Assembly (NCBI GenBank): GCA_043228905.1
Contig: JBHGNT010000016.1
Location: 12,524,001-12,588,000 of the forward strand
DNA length: 64,000 nt
Direction: 5' to 3'
From: Azolla caroliniana
Lineage: Eukaryota > Plantae > Polypodiophyta
Part shown: piece by piece, positions 1 through 11,055 of the stretch
Numbering within the stretch: the stretch's first letter is position 1
Layout: each line of letters starts with the position of its first letter
Translations under genes and position numbers: made by a program
The notes under the pieces: model-generated
What the model was told of the DNA's origin: nothing
The model's input: only the letters and a program-made list of their open reading frames with translations
The model's database searches: none

Positions 1-537
1 GAGCTCGAAGAAGGAGGGAGATTTCTCCCTTGCTAGAACAGCGGTTCGCATCGCGCCGAACCGTGGTGTGAGGCTGCCGAGGCATATTTGCACCATCTCA
101 TCATCATCTATACTTACGCTTATCGAGTTGAGCGAGTCGCAAAGCTCCTTGATCTTCAAGGTGTATGTCGTGATGGACATGTCCCTTTGTTGATTGTTGT
201 TCAACTCTTGGCAGAGTTGAAGCCTTCTTGCGGTTGTGTTCGGCGCGAAAATCTTCCGTAGGTTTTCCCATGCCTCCTTCGGCGTCTTGGCTTCGCGAAT
301 GTAGCTAAGCATGTGATCGTGAACACATGTCGCCAAGCAATACGTCACGCGGCTTGCGGCTTGCTCCCATGTCGTGTATCCGGGAACCGCTTCGGCAGGT
401 CGGTCTTCATGCTCTCCTTTGATGTAGCTCCAATAGCCTTGTCCAACAAGATATTGGTGCATCTTGTACTCCCAAGATGCGAATTTGTTTCGATCCAACT
501 TCTCGGTGGGGAGAGCGCTCCCCATTTGAGTATTCAT
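1..537 (-). pseudogene. gag: Ty1/copia (family A) gag N-terminus, runs off window start
   Basis: Minus strand from ATG at 537 reads MNTQMGSALPTEKLDRNKFASWEYKMHQYL..., homologous to 45181-45672. Confidence 0.85.
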
Positions 538-685
538 TATGTCGATTCTTCTTCTTCTTCTTCTTCTCTCTTCGAATGCGAGCTATGTAGCGAAGCTACG
601 ATAGCGATGAGCCGGTTCTTGGTCGTTGGCGTAGAGCACAACACACGATCATGATGAGGCGAATGGGCTACAACGAGCTACCAAA

Positions 686-699
686 TCGCTCTGATACCA
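686..699 (-). promoter_or_regulatory. Primer-binding site (tRNA-iMet)
   Basis: Reverse complement TGGTATCAGAGCGA directly abuts the LTR. Confidence 0.9.
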
Positions 700-1091
700 T
701 GTAATGAATCGGATATGATTCTTGTGAAGCGGAAGAGATGTGTTTTATGTGTGTGTATGAGAGAGAGAGAGAGTGTGTGAGAGAGACAAGGAGTAAGACA
801 CAGAGAATACGCAATGTAAAAGTATATTACCAAAGGAGAAAGACTCAACAAATACAAGGTTGGAGGAGGGTGCTTTATATACTCACCCTCTCTCTTCATT
901 AACTACAAGACTCATGGAGCATGGGGATTGTGGAAGCTCATAAGTTATGTGTCATAGAATATGATACTATGACTCATACTAAATGCTAGAATACAAAGCG
1001 GTGACATAATGGTGACTCTTGACCGTTGGAGTGTATATTCACTCTCAAGGTGAGTTCACACACTAGACCAAGTTGAGCTTGATTCTCAACA
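700..1091 (-). mobile_element. 5' LTR of copia family A
   Basis: TG...CA termini; reverse-complement homologue of 44667-45018 and 48782-49034; array sequence resumes at 1092. Confidence 0.85.
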
Positions 1092-1907
1092 ATTAGACCA
1101 AGCGATTGGCATGTAACACTGATATTTCCATAACAACTTTGTAAGTTTTCCAAGTGGTACTAAGATTTACTTTATAGAAGTCTTTTTGACTACAAAGGAT
1201 TTAAATTGTAAAAGATAGCACGAATGTAAGCAAGAAATTAAGAATTCTTTTTGCTTTGCTTAATATATATGCAATACTTGTAGTTAGTTTAACTTGATAC
1301 TTGACTATATCGATATCATTACAATCAGGCAACCATGCAAAGAACAATAGTTATAATTTTAGTCAGTCTAAATAGCACTTCTCTTGTCCAAAAGTAGACT
1401 ATAACCAGAGACCTCTAATGTGTTAGAGTAGCATGAAAATCAACTACACCATCTAAACATATCAACGATATCTATTTATCTAGTGTGTGAGACTAGTGTG
1501 ATAATCAACTCCACCATCTGGACCCATTTGTCATTACTAATTTAATAGTTTGAAATGAATTTGTTAATTAGAGCAAGCAATTGGCATGTCACACTGACAT
1601 TGACATAACGACTTTGTAAGTTTTCCAAGTGGTACTAAGATTTACTTTATAGAAGTCTTTTTGACTACATAGGATTTAAATTGTAAAAGATAGCACGAAT
1701 GGTAGCAAGAAATGAAGAATTCTTTTTGCTTTGCTTAATATATTTGCAGGACTTGCAGTTAGTTTAACTTAATACTTAAGTATATCTACATCGTTACAAT
1801 CAGCCAACCGTCCAATGAAGAAGTGCTATGATTTTAGTCAGTCTAAATTGCACTTCTCTTGTCCAAACGTAGACTATATCCGGAGACTTCCAATGTGTTA
1901 GAGTAGC
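1092..1907 (-). repeat. tRNA-Val-derived higher-order repeat, segment 1
   Basis: Spacers and modules (1385-1458 AAC-degenerate, 1480-1523 partial CAC, 1860-1907 partial) match units at 50.8-61.7 kb. Confidence 0.85.
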
Positions 1908-3430
1908 ATCATCGGGTAGGTTTGATGGTAAAGGCGTATCTCTAGGTAGTGATGGATGTCATATAGGAAATGTAAATATTGTATGTTACATCAATATGGC
2001 AATTCACAAATATGTATAAATATAGGTGTTAGTGATTTTGTATGTTTTCTTCTCAATTTCATGTGTCGATTATTTAGACATTTTCTGAAAGCCCTTAGTT
2101 TTTGGACATGGTATAAATCAATATATTTTGATTCAATTTCCAAAAACCTTTATGCATGCGATGGTCCTTTTTGTGAAATGACATAATTTGTGAAAGGTGC
2201 ATAAAAAAAGACAAAAACTTCCTAAAATATGGTGGCCAATAACTCTCTAGCTAGATGAATCACATGAAGATCGTTGGAATTATGCTCTACCACGTTGGTT
2301 ATTCCCTTTTCCTAGTCCTTTCTTATTTTAAAGGTAATTGTGATGAATTTTTAACTTAACAATTTGAATGGAAGGACATAAAAGAGGTAGATTTGATAAG
2401 GGCAGTCATGTGGACTGATAGTGATGGGATGTTTTATGCGGAATATGAAGTATCTTCTAATTTTGGATAAGTATGAGTGATGAAAGTGTTGAGGGTTGGA
2501 ACAGGATTTAATGAACAAACGAGGAGAGTAGTGTCACTTTCTTTTTCTATGTACACGATTTTGGTGGTAAATTAGCGTGAGTGAGATGATTGATGTCGAT
2601 TTATGAAGCACAATTCATTTTTTTTTATAAGGATGAGTGATGGTGGTGTGGGGGTTGAAGCATAATCTCTTGAGAAAAGTGAACTCATTAATTGTTTTTA
2701 TGTACAGGATTTTGGCGATAATCGACGAGATGTTTGATGTGGACTTGATGAAGAAGAATGTATGTTTTTTATAAGGATGAGTGATGAGGGTGTGGGGGGT
2801 GAAGCATATTCTCATCAGGAGATGGAGGATGAGTATCACTTCACATGCAAGTGCCAAACTTATGCCGAGATACGAGTGGAATACCAGGACATATTAGGAC
2901 CCTCTCCCACCCTCTCCAAACTATTAGATACCCTGGATGTAAAGAGACTAGGTAGATATATCTTAGAGCTAAAACAACATAGGGAGAATAAATTAGAAAG
3001 TGTTAACCATAACCCTTTATTATTCATCAACTTGTAACTAGTGTAATGTTTCAGGAACAAGGGGATATGATGAATGTGGATACACTTATGCCGCTCGGCT
3101 TCTCTATTGAGAACAACCTAGCGTCCTCAGATGTTGGGCTTCAAAACAAGTCGACATGGACTATAAAGCATTAAGAAGATAAGGGAACATGAGCTATGTC
3201 GACTAGAAGCTATGGTTGGGGTACCTTTTACATTGGGGCCACGGGCCACATCCACATCGAAACCCTTTGACCTCACGCTTCTCTTCGAGAGACTTGGATG
3301 GAAATGAAATTAGGCCTAGTATAACATCATTTTCATTGTAGAACATGTTTGTTATTTTATTTTGCTAGAACTATTTAGCTTAAAACTCTATTTTTATTTT
3401 TATTTTCTACTTTCAATGAATGGGTAAATA
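1908..3430. other. Unclassified AT-rich insertion
   Basis: Begins inside a tRNA-like module. First ~200 bp recur at 55623-55835 with the same junction. Three degenerate internal repeats (GATGAGTGATG..GTGTGGGG..GAA) near 2470, 2630 and 2775. Confidence 0.4.
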
Positions 3431-3579
3431 TCCCATTTTTTGTTGTAAACCATTTGTCTCATTGGCCAATTTTGGCCTTAAAAGACGTTAATATATCTTT
3501 CTTTCTTTCTTTCTTTTCTTTCTCTCACTGGTTCCCCCATCCTCCTCCTCCTACCCCATTTTGACTTTTTAAATATTAC

Positions 3580-5660
3580 ATGGATACCCCCTCCCCTTTT
3601 TTGTCTAATTCTTACTCTACCCACCCCCCTTATTTTGAAGAATTGCATTCAAACCCCCCACAATTTTCTTCAATTTATCACTCTACACCTCCCCCATTAT
3701 CATCTAATTTTCATAATGCCCTTCCCGACCTTTTTTCAAATCCTTACCCTACCCGTACCCCTTTATTTAGCCCACATCACTCTCATTATACTTATCATTC
3801 CCCCCCAACACATCCTCCATATTCAACTCATATCCCCCTTACACATCCTCCATATTACACTAAACCCCCCTTTCTTCCTATCACAAAAACCCCCAATTTG
3901 TATTCTAACACTCATTCACATAAAAACTATAAACACTATAAAAATACATCAAAACCTTGTCCTCCCCCAAAACCACTAGGAGACCCACAACCTAGTAGAC
4001 CAAAAAATGGTTAGGCAGGTGTGCTAAATGCGTTAACAAACGGTTTAGACACACTATACACCCTAGCAAACGTTTATTCTACCTACTTAATAGATCCCCC
4101 TCCACCCAAGACACATATATGTGGTTTGGTGGAAAACAGAAACTATTTCCCTTCCTTTCACACCCCAAATCCCGAAATAGAAAAACCTATAACCAACTTC
4201 TGGAAACCTTTTACTAGTACACAAGTAATTCATAGTAAAATCCATAACCTCGCTAAAAATGAAACACAATTGCTGAACCTAGGGCTTAAGTATATCCCAC
4301 CATCCCCACCTCCCTCCCCCAACAATATCCTAAAAGAATTCACCCACATCTCTTGATCCCTTAAGCTAAAACATTTTTTTAGAAATACACCTTCACTTCC
4401 TCTCAACCCCTTCAAACTACCTAAGCCTAGTTAGATGCCACCCATAGAATATCCACCCCTAGTCTCCATAATAGAAAAACACCAACACATCCTTAACCAA
4501 ATAGCACACAATACTAAGCCCATAAACACTAGAATCCCATACCACCTCTCTAGAGCCTTTAAAAGCCTCCAACAGAACAAACCCATTATCATCTTCCCAT
4601 ACGATAAAAATATGGGAGTATGTGTTCTAGATAAAGACACATACTACACGAAAGCCATAGAACACCTCTCAAATTCTACCGCCTATAAGAGAGTCAGCCA
4701 CTTCCCCTTGGAAGAGTTACTATACTGCCTTAATAACATAAAAACAAACCACTTAGGTACACTTTCCCTAATTGAAGCCAATTTCATCCTCCACAAACCC
4801 AAAAAAGGATAGCAAGTATCCAACCTCTACGTAGTTTACCAACAAATAAAAGGTGCGCCCATGGGTAGCAACTTTTCAGTCGTATATACATGCCTCATTT
4901 TAGCATATCTCAAAAACTTACAACCATCACCCCCCCATCTCTTCTACTTCACCCATTATATTGATGATGCATTTGGGGTTTGGACAAGCACCAAATCTCA
5001 ACTTTTAGAATATCTCCATCAAGCTTACTTTTACCCTTTACACACAAATAACTCCATCAAGCTTACTATTCAAACTTCCCCCTTGAGGCTACCTTTTGTA
5101 GACATATGGATCAACCTCGAAAACTCACCTTTTTCATTCAATTGTTTCCAAAAACCTCTCAATTCATACCAATATTTGCCTTTTTCATCGGATCATCCTT
5201 CCCATACAAAACAACACTTTATCACTAATGAAGTGAGGAGATATCTCATTAGAGAAAGCACCCCATAAGGTTTCTACCAAATGAAAAAAATCTTTTTCAA
5301 TAGACTATACCATGGTTACCCTACTTCCTTTATACTAAAAAGTTATAAGAAATACCTTTTAATCTTAGAAAAACACTCCTATATCAACCCAAAACTACTA
5401 CCTCCCTTAACCCCACAATCTTTAAACTTAGATACACCAAACATACCCCAAAACTAGGCATTCATAGTTTTCTAAAAAATATCTATAATGACCTAATGTT
5501 AGATCTTGAGCTTACTAGCATCTCACGCCCCTTCATATGTTGGACAAAATCTAAGTCCATACATGCCCTCCTAGTTAAGACTAAGTTTTCAAAAAATCCA
5601 CCGAAATCCCCCCCACTTAAAACTAAGTTTTCAAACAATCCACCGAAATCCCCCACTTAA
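3580..5660 (+). pseudogene. Penelope-like reverse transcriptase with Pro/His-rich N-terminus
   Basis: ORFs at 3580, 4021, 4435 and 4861 share one frame, broken by stops. Motifs: LLNLGLKYIP, PYDKNMG, YQQIKGAPMGS, YIDDAFGVW, LPFVDI, KPLNSYQYLPFSSDHP. After frameshifts: PFICWTKSKSIHALLV. RT motifs 1-A are deleted near 4835. Confidence 0.75.
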
Positions 5661-5700
5661 CACTAAGTTTTCAAATAATTCACCCACATCCCCCATTTAA
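5577..5700 (+). repeat. ~41-bp tandem repeat x3
   Basis: ACTAAGTTTTCAAAnAATCCACCGAAATCCCCCCACTTAA units. Confidence 0.8.
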
Positions 5701-5960
5701 TATTTATACTGCCATCCTAAATCCCCCTTTTTCATCACATTAAGAAATCCCCCCTCACCATCATCATTACACTCATTCCCCCTCTCTCACTCCCTATCAC
5801 TTTCATACACACATTTCTCTCTCTCTCTCTCTCTCTCTCATCACCACATCCTATTCTATCTCATCTACTACAAAAATCAAATCCTCCCCACTCTTTCTCT
5901 CTCACTCCCTCTTCCATCACACCCCTTTATTAATCACATTCTCTTGTTGTAATTGTCTTT

Positions 5961-5998
5961 GCACTGAAGGGCTCCACTATGGGCCGAAACTACTTTGC
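5961..5998 (+). ncRNA. Degenerate minimal type I hammerhead ribozyme motif
   Basis: GCA-CTGAAG-GGCTC-cactat-GGGCC-GAAAC-TAC-TT-TGC: stem I GCA/TGC, stem II GGCTC/GGGCC; core A9 is missing. Confidence 0.55.
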
Positions 5999-6079
5999 CT
6001 AAGCCCACCAACCTCTTTGAATTAACAAATCTCTCTTTTGCTCTCTCTCTCTCTCTCTCTCACTCTCATTAGTGTATGT

Positions 6080-6941
6080 TGTAAAGAATCGATGCTCCGA
6101 TTCGCCTTCACCACTCGGCCACAACCGATTAATCGCGGATCAATACAGCAGAAAATAGGAAATACAGAGAAAGACTCGATACACAGGGATTAACGTGGAA
6201 AACCCTAAATGGGAAAAACCACGGGAGTCCTCAAACTCCAACTATCACTATGAACAGAGATGTACAATGGTGAAGCTTCAAGGCAACAACCTTAAGCTCA
6301 CTGTCTTCGCCACAGGCGGCGGTAATACACTGAGGCAACGACCTCTTCGTCTCTCACACTCTCTCTCGGCTGCTCTCACTTCGCTCCCTCTTCGTGGAAA
6401 ACAGAAAATGAGCAACAACATAAAACTGTTTGCCCTAAGTCATATTTATACACATATGACTTTCGGACTATTTACACATATAGCCTCAAGGGCTCTTGGC
6501 AAACATATTTATAAATATGTCCCCGCATCCGGATCTCTTTCCGGGTACATTCATCATCCGGCTCCGTAGCCGGGGTCTTCATCATCCGGATCCGTATCCG
6601 GGTACTCTCCATCCAGCTTCATGCCGGGTACTCTTCATCATCCGGATCCGTATCTGGGTACTCTCCATCCAGCTTCATGCCGGGTACTCTTCATCATCCG
6701 GATCCGTATCCGGGTACTCTCCATCCAGCTTCATGCCGGGTACTCTTCATCATCCGGATCCGTATCCGGGTACTCTCCATCCAGCTTCATGCCGGGTACT
6801 CTTCATCATCCGGATCCGTATCCGGGTACTCTTCATCCGGCTTCATGCCGGGTACTCTTCATCATCCGGTTCCGTAATCGCAACCGGGCTTGCCGTCATT
6901 CATCTCCGGACATCCCATCCGGAGGGACCGATATCCCAACA
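6080..6941 (-). repeat. 3' LTR of family B copia
   Basis: Direct repeat of 11056-11917 at offset 4976; PPT AAGGGGGAG adjacent at ~6944-6952. Confidence 0.95.
6569..6870. repeat. 56-bp tandem repeat (~5.5 copies) in LTR U3; also at 11545-11846
   Basis: GCCGGGTACTCTTCATCATCCGGATCCGTATCCGGGTACTCTCCATCCAGCTTCAT units. Confidence 0.9.
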
Positions 6942-6951
6942 AACTCCCCCT

Positions 6952-9900
6952 TCACTTCGGCATGGGATGTCTCTCCAATCCGATCCTCCTCCGGCATGCT
7001 TCCAGCTTGTCGGGTGTGAGTACTTTGGTCAGCATATCTGACCCGTTCTCGTCCGTGTGGATCTTCGTCAGCACGAACTCCTTATCTTCTATCCTTTCCC
7101 GGATCCAGTGGTATCTACGCTGGATGTGTTTCGTCCGGGAATGGTAGGCCGCGTTCTTCGCAAGGTGGATGGCACTCTGACTGTCGCAGTAGAGTCGGTA
7201 CTCCTCCTGCCGGATACCGAGCTCTCTAATGAAGTCCTTCATCCATATTATTTCCTTGCCGGCTTCAACAGCCGCCATGTACTCCGCCTCCGTGGTTGAC
7301 AACGCAACCGTCTTCTGCAGCCTTGACTGCCACGAAACGGCTCCCCCTGCATACGTCATCACATACCCTGATGTGGACCGGCTGGTATCTGCATCAGCCG
7401 ACATATCCGAATCGGTGAAGCCGTCGAGTTCGGGCTTACCGGAGCCGAATCGGAGGCACACGTTCGCCGTGCCCTTCAGGTATCGGAGTATCCACTTGAC
7501 CGCGTTCCAATGCTCTTTGCCGGGATTGCTCATGTACCGGCTCACCACTCCGACTGCATACCCTATGTCCGGTCTCGTACACACCATGGCATACATCAAG
7601 CTCCCGACGGCTGAGGCATACGGCACTTTCATCATATCCTCCTTTTCAGCCTTTGTCTTGGGACTTTGCTTGCTGGACAGCTTGCAGTTTGCCGGGAGGG
7701 TTGAGCCGACCGGTCTTGCTTCTGACATGTTGAACCGGTGAAGCACCTTCGTCACGTACTTCTCCTGTGACAGCCACAACTGCTTCTTCTTCCGGTCCCG
7801 GATGACGTGCATCCCTAGTATTTGCCTCGCCGGACCCAGGTCCTTCATTGAGAAGGTTCGATGTAGAGCCTTCTTCAGCATCCGTATCTTGACCTGGTCC
7901 CGTCCGACGATCAACATGTCGTCCACGTATAGGAGGAGTATAAGAGAGTCTCCTCCGTCGAACTTCTTCACAAACACGCAGTGGTCGGACTGCGTTTTGT
8001 GGTACCCTTCATTGGTCATGAAGGAGTCAAACTTTCGGTACCACTGCCGGGGAGCCTGCTTCAGACCGTAGAGGCTCTTCTTCAACCGGCATACCAGGTG
8101 CTCCTTCCCTTTCTTCTCGAATCCTTCCGGTTGCTGCATGTAGATCTCTTCTTCGAGGTCACCGTGAAGGAATGCCGTCTTCACGTCCATCTGTTCTACC
8201 TCGAGGTCCATGCTTGCCGCTATGCTCAGCACCGTCCGGATGGAGGTCATCTTCACTACCGGGGCAAATATCTCGTCGAAGTCGACGCCCTTCTTCTGCT
8301 GAAACCCCTTCACCACGATCCTGGCTTTGTATCTCGGGGGGTTTCCGGCATCTCCCGGTTTCAGCTTGAACACCCACTTGTTTCGAAGTGCCCGCTTTCC
8401 TTTCGGCAACTTCACAAGTTCATATGTGTGGTTCTCATGCAGGGAATCCATCTCCTCCTGCATGGCACTTAACCACCTGCGGCTATGGGTGTCATGCTTT
8501 GCTTCTTCAAAGCTCTCCGGCTCCCCCTCGTCGGTTAGCAGCACGTGCTCTGGTTCCGGAAATCTCCGGGGGGCCCTTCTCTCCCTTAGAGGATATCTCC
8601 GTTCCGGAGCTTCGGTAACCGGTTCTTCCGATTCTTCTTCATCCGAATCCATTTCGGGATCGGGGCCGGTTCCGGTATCATTTTCATCTTCTTCGGCCGG
8701 TTCTATTTCTTCACCGTCTTCGGCCGGATCTTCGAGTGTTAACCGGTCCCTTGCCGGTCGGGACTGCTCCTCGTAGAGTTGATCCTCACCGGTCGACTTG
8801 GAGCTCTTCATCTTTTTCTCCGACTCCCAGTCGGCGAGTGTCTTGTCCTCCATGAAGATGATGTCTCGACTCCTGAATATCTTCTTGTCGACCGGGTCCC
8901 ATACTCGGTAGCCGAACTCGTCGTCGCCGTAACCGAGGAATATGCATGGCCGGGTCTTTGGATCTAGCTTTCCTCTCCGGTCCTTTGCCACATGCACGTA
9001 TGCGAGACACCCGAACACCTTCAGATGCCGGTAGGACACTTCCTTACCGGTCCACACTTTCTGCGGCGTGTCTCCGTCCAAAGGTACTGAGGGTGATCGG
9101 TTTATCACATATGTCGCCGTCGACATTGCCTCAGCCCAAAACCCCTTAGGTAATTTTGCATGCGCCAGCATACTCCGGACCCTTTCCATTATGGTCCGGT
9201 TCATCCTCTCGGCCAGCCCGTTCAGTTCCGGCGTCTTCGGCACAGTAAACTCGAGCCGGATTCCCTTCGAGCGACAGTACTCCTGGAACTGCCCCCGGTA
9301 TTCCCCTCCGTTATCCGCTCGTATCGCTTTCAGCTTCTTGCCGGATTCCCTTTCCACTCTCGCGTGGAGTTCTTTGAAGACGGACAGTACTTGGTCCTTT
9401 GTCTTCAACGGTGCCGTCCACAGCTTCCGGCTGTGGTCATCAATGAATGTCACGAAGTACTGGGCTCCGCCATGTGACTTCGTTTCTACTTGACACACGT
9501 CAGTGTGCACCAGCTCCAATGGTGCGCTACGTCTCGTCGGTGGCCTTGAGTGGAAGGAGGTCCGGTTTTGCTTACCGGCCAGACAGTCGGTGCACTTCTC
9601 CAGGTGCACATGCTTCACTGGAATAAGGTTGTCTTCTGCAAGCCTCTTCATCCCCTTCTCACTCATGTGGCACAGTCTCTTGTGCCATAGCTCACCGGCA
9701 GTGTCGGCTGCCACATTCAGCTCTTCCGGACATAGCCGGGAATTCATCAGGTACAGTGTGTTGACCTTCCGGGCCCGAGCTACTATTAAGCTCCCCTTGC
9801 TGAACTTCATGACACCGTTCCGGATGCTACCCGTGTAGCCTTCATCATCTAGCCTCCCGGCCGAAATCAGGTTCAATCGAACCTCCGAAACGTGTCGGAC

Positions 9901-11025
9901 ATCCTTCAGCAGCATTTTGCATCCGGTTGATGTCATCAGCCACACATCTCCTATGCCGGCAATCCGGCACGTACCTTCATTTCCCATCCGGACACAGCCA
10001 TGCTCACCGGCTGTGTAGGATGAAAAGTATTTCTTCTCCGGGGTCAGGTGGAACGACGCTCCGGAATCGACCACCCAGGTCATCTCTTCTCCGGCAAGGT
10101 TCAGCTCCCTCTCTTCGGTAATGAGCATGATCTCCTCTTCACTTGCCGCGAGTGCCGTCGTTCCTTTCCAGACCTGCCCTCGCCGATCCGGACCTCTCCG
10201 GTCCGTGGCTCCCCGGTATGCACCGTTTCTCTCCGGTGACTTCTTCGAATCGGTGTCGTCGGCTCCGTTGTCTTTTCGGTAATGCCGACAATTCTTCCGG
10301 AAATGCCCCGGCTTCCCACAGTGGAAGCATGTGGGTCTTCCTCTTGACTGCGACCGGGTCCCCGACTTCTCCCGTCTCTGCGGACTCCGGTTCCATTGTC
10401 TTCCCCGATCCGATTCGGTAAGCAGCGCCTTCGGGTCGGAGGCCGGTTCTTTATCCCTCCGACGCGCTTCTTCATTCAAAATACTTGTCTTTACCGTTTG
10501 TAGAGACAAGTTATCTTCGGTGCAGGAGGTGCTGAGAGTCACCACCAAGTTCTCCCAGCTTTCCGGCAATGTACACATCAGAATGATGGCTTGCATTGCA
10601 TCCTCCAGCGGGAACTTGATTGCCGCAAGCTGGTTCACGAATCCCATGAACGTGCTTACGTGTTCCACCATACTCTCGCCGTCCCGGTACTTGAGGTTCA
10701 CTATCTTCCTCATCAGGGAGGTCCGGTTCAACGCATTCTTCCTCTCATAGAGGCCCGACAGCTTCCGCCACATCTCGTATGCGTTGGTGTCGTTCGCCAC
10801 ATGTTGCAGAACACTTACATCGACGTATTGCCGAATGGTTGCAACGGCTTTCCGGTTCAGAAGCCTCCATTCCGTCTCAAGTACCCCCTTCGGTATTTCC
10901 GACCTGTCAATCGGTTCGTACAGGTCCCGAACAATCAGAAGATCCTCCATCTTGATCTTCCAGTCGGCGTAGTTCTGCGCATTCAGCACCATCATCCCCG
11001 GCTGCCCGCTGCTGCCGCCTTCCAT
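6952..11025 (-). CDS. gag-pol: Copia Gag-Pol polyprotein (gag, CCHC knuckle, protease, integrase, RT, RNase H), ~1357 aa
   Basis: Motifs CFHCGKPGHFRKNC, WVVDSGAS, WHKRLCH..CTDC, VHTD/RADNGGE/NGLAE, QMDVKTAFL, LLYVDDML, TKHI. First ATG after the PBS is at 11025. Confidence 0.95.
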   Translation of the reverse strand: MEGGSSGQPGMMVLNAQNYADWKIKMEDLLIVRDLYEPIDRSEIPKGVLETEWRLLNRKAVATIRQYVDVSVLQHVANDTNAYEMWRKLSGLYERKNALNRTSLMRKIVNLKYRDGESMVEHVSTFMGFVNQLAAIKFPLEDAMQAIILMCTLPESWENLVVTLSTSCTEDNLSLQTVKTSILNEEARRRDKEPASDPKALLTESDRGRQWNRSPQRREKSGTRSQSRGRPTCFHCGKPGHFRKNCRHYRKDNGADDTDSKKSPERNGAYRGATDRRGPDRRGQVWKGTTALAASEEEIMLITEERELNLAGEEMTWVVDSGASFHLTPEKKYFSSYTAGEHGCVRMGNEGTCRIAGIGDVWLMTSTGCKMLLKDVRHVSEVRLNLISAGRLDDEGYTGSIRNGVMKFSKGSLIVARARKVNTLYLMNSRLCPEELNVAADTAGELWHKRLCHMSEKGMKRLAEDNLIPVKHVHLEKCTDCLAGKQNRTSFHSRPPTRRSAPLELVHTDVCQVETKSHGGAQYFVTFIDDHSRKLWTAPLKTKDQVLSVFKELHARVERESGKKLKAIRADNGGEYRGQFQEYCRSKGIRLEFTVPKTPELNGLAERMNRTIMERVRSMLAHAKLPKGFWAEAMSTATYVINRSPSVPLDGDTPQKVWTGKEVSYRHLKVFGCLAYVHVAKDRRGKLDPKTRPCIFLGYGDDEFGYRVWDPVDKKIFRSRDIIFMEDKTLADWESEKKMKSSKSTGEDQLYEEQSRPARDRLTLEDPAEDGEEIEPAEEDENDTGTGPDPEMDSDEEESEEPVTEAPERRYPLRERRAPRRFPEPEHVLLTDEGEPESFEEAKHDTHSRRWLSAMQEEMDSLHENHTYELVKLPKGKRALRNKWVFKLKPGDAGNPPRYKARIVVKGFQQKKGVDFDEIFAPVVKMTSIRTVLSIAASMDLEVEQMDVKTAFLHGDLEEEIYMQQPEGFEKKGKEHLVCRLKKSLYGLKQAPRQWYRKFDSFMTNEGYHKTQSDHCVFVKKFDGGDSLILLLYVDDMLIVGRDQVKIRMLKKALHRTFSMKDLGPARQILGMHVIRDRKKKQLWLSQEKYVTKVLHRFNMSEARPVGSTLPANCKLSSKQSPKTKAEKEDMMKVPYASAVGSLMYAMVCTRPDIGYAVGVVSRYMSNPGKEHWNAVKWILRYLKGTANVCLRFGSGKPELDGFTDSDMSADADTSRSTSGYVMTYAGGAVSWQSRLQKTVALSTTEAEYMAAVEAGKEIIWMKDFIRELGIRQEEYRLYCDSQSAIHLAKNAAYHSRTKHIQRRYHWIRERIEDKEFVLTKIHTDENGSDMLTKVLTPDKLEACRRRIGLERHPMPK

Positions 11026-11039
11026 TTTCTGCACTGCCG

Positions 11040-11053
11040 TCGCTCTGATACCA
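11040..11053 (-). promoter_or_regulatory. Primer-binding site (tRNA-iMet)
   Basis: TGGTATCAGAGCGA, 2 nt from the LTR. Confidence 0.9.
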
Positions 11054-11055
11054 CT

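Larger units (their letters stand above)
3430..6074 (+). mobile_element. Penelope-like retroelement, degenerate, no endonuclease visible; 3' tail appears to continue at 11923-12010
   Basis: PLE-type RT motifs, 3' tandem repeats, hammerhead-like motif and (CT)n; 5' boundary uncertain. Confidence 0.7.

Noticed and set aside
6195-7147. Repetitive ORFs (MPGTLHHPDPY...) in LTRs
   Set aside because: Artefacts of the stop-poor 56-bp tandem repeat on the antisense strand
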